Assembly: GCA_024704765.1 (NCBI GenBank)
Contig: JAKMXF010000299.1
Span: forward strand, 310,001 to 374,000
Source: Oopsacas minuta
Taxonomy: Eukaryota; Animalia; Porifera
Direction of reading: 5' to 3'
Length of the DNA stretch: 64,000 nucleotides
Made by a program: the position numbers and the translations under genes. Under the pieces are notes generated by a model. That model saw only the letters and a list, made by a program, of their open reading frames with translations. It did no database searches and was not told where the DNA came from. Below, piece after piece: positions 63,044 through 64,000 of the stretch (positions are counted from its first letter, which is position 1; the number at the start of each line of letters is the position of its first letter).

Positions 63044-64000
63044 ATGGATGGTTTACGTGAACTTAACAAACAGATTGATGCTAAGAATAAAGATGAATTT
63101 TACAAGACAAAGGGAAGAATTCCATTGATACGTTCTCTTGAAGAGTTTATATCAACAGACTTAGAAAAAGATTCAAACTACAATACAATAGTACAAGCAA
63201 CCCCATCTCTAGTCCAATCCCAACAAGAATTATTATTTGAACACTCCACATTACCAACACAAGCAACTACATTATTGGATACAGCGATGGAACAATGTCA
63301 TCCAATCCCTACCGGAATACTTAGTGTAGATATGCTATTACAAGGTGGTATATATCCAGGAGAGGTTACAGAGATACTCGGGGCTATTTCTACAGGAAAA
63401 ACGCAGTTATTACACCTGTTGGCTATTAATTGCGCACATTCGCTCAACGCAGTTCTGTATATTGATAATAATTGTAGTTTTAGTGCTAGAAGAGCGATAC
63501 GATTGTGGTCTAAAATAAATTCTCATAGTGATGAAACACAAAGTAGAACTGGAGAGAATATGCTCAAGAATATACATGTAATTTCCCTATATGATCCTTT
63601 CTTGTTACTACAAATGTTGAGGAAATTACTCATAAATATTCAAGAGAAAACTAGCGATTTCTATTTTACATTGAAATTAGTTATTTTTGATAATTTCTCA
63701 TATCTTTTATCTCAAATCTTGGATGGATATACAGTTCAAGGATCGGTGATGTATTCACAAATAGAGAAGACGATTAAATATATAGCGAATGTACACAATA
63801 TCGCGGTTGTTGTCGCGAATAGAACTTCACCTAATTTTACCAGCACAGATCTAAACACATTCAAATACACTAGACTAGGTTATCATTGGAATAATGTAGC
63901 TTCAACTAGAATACTATTAGAACGTGATACTACACAGATTGCTACACTTGAAACAGAATTGAGAGCTAAAATCAAGTTATTCCTTATAAGATCTAATTTA
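63044..64000 (+). CDS. RAD51D: RAD51 paralog D, truncated by the window edge (absent from the ORF track)
   Basis: Manual translation from ATG 63044: IPTGILSVDMLLQGGIYPGEVTEILGAISTGKTQ, VLYIDNNCSFSARR, LKLVIFDNFS, HNIAVVVAN, LGYHWNNVASTRILL. The frame is open to 64000. Confidence 0.85.
   Translation, partial: MDGLRELNKQIDAKNKDEFYKTKGRIPLIRSLEEFISTDLEKDSNYNTIVQATPSLVQSQQELLFEHSTLPTQATTLLDTAMEQCHPIPTGILSVDMLLQGGIYPGEVTEILGAISTGKTQLLHLLAINCAHSLNAVLYIDNNCSFSARRAIRLWSKINSHSDETQSRTGENMLKNIHVISLYDPFLLLQMLRKLLINIQEKTSDFYFTLKLVIFDNFSYLLSQILDGYTVQGSVMYSQIEKTIKYIANVHNIAVVVANRTSPNFTSTDLNTFKYTRLGYHWNNVASTRILLERDTTQIATLETELRAKIKLFLIRSNL

Noticed and set aside
63039-63052. The RAD51D start context (TAACCATGGATGGT) matches the piggyBac-like TIR
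   Set aside because: The match is only 14-15 nt and no further element sequence follows; most likely coincidence.
1-64000. Prokaryotic interpretation (operons, GTG/TTG starts, CRISPR, defence island), plus tRNA/rRNA genes
   Set aside because: Spliceosomal introns and animal genes show the DNA is eukaryotic, and the GTG/TTG starts in the ORF track are artefacts. No regularly spaced repeat-spacer array, rRNA or tRNA cloverleaf was seen.

Overview
This is AT-rich, very compact eukaryotic (early-branching animal) DNA with about 26 protein-coding genes. Most are intronless, on the + strand, and separated by spacers of roughly 130-900 bp that often contain small non-autonomous DNA transposons (MITEs). 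Gene content (laminin, WASH, NLR/ROCO, caspase, coiled-coil-NHL protein), intron poverty, nested genes and 3'-splice-acceptor-like sites just before many start codons suggest a glass sponge (Hexactinellida, Oopsacas-like). That assignment is inference, not a database match. Housekeeping genes: BSCL2, TELO2, TAF1A, SNRPG, GPAA1, QPRT, SIL1, an FBXW, a START protein, GRAMD1, HYKK, WASHC1, endophilin B, NT5DC, SLC46, SLC4, ANKRD60, DMC1, a class-3 lipase, FAHD1, TIMMDC1, RAD51D. Main candidates for novelty: (1) a NACHT-LRR-ROC-COR (NLR/ROCO hybrid) ORF followed 8 nt later by a CARD-caspase frame with no in-frame ATG before mid-CARD; a 71-nt GT-AG intron would join them into one 1730-aa sensor-GTPase-protease. 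(2) A hand-assembled 10-exon gene encoding LIM-LIM-RGS-PX. (3) Two antisense genes nested in introns. (4) A beta/gamma hybrid laminin. (5) An operon/trans-splicing-like layout with a speculative SL-RNA-like element. All gene identities come from remembered motif similarity, not from a search.
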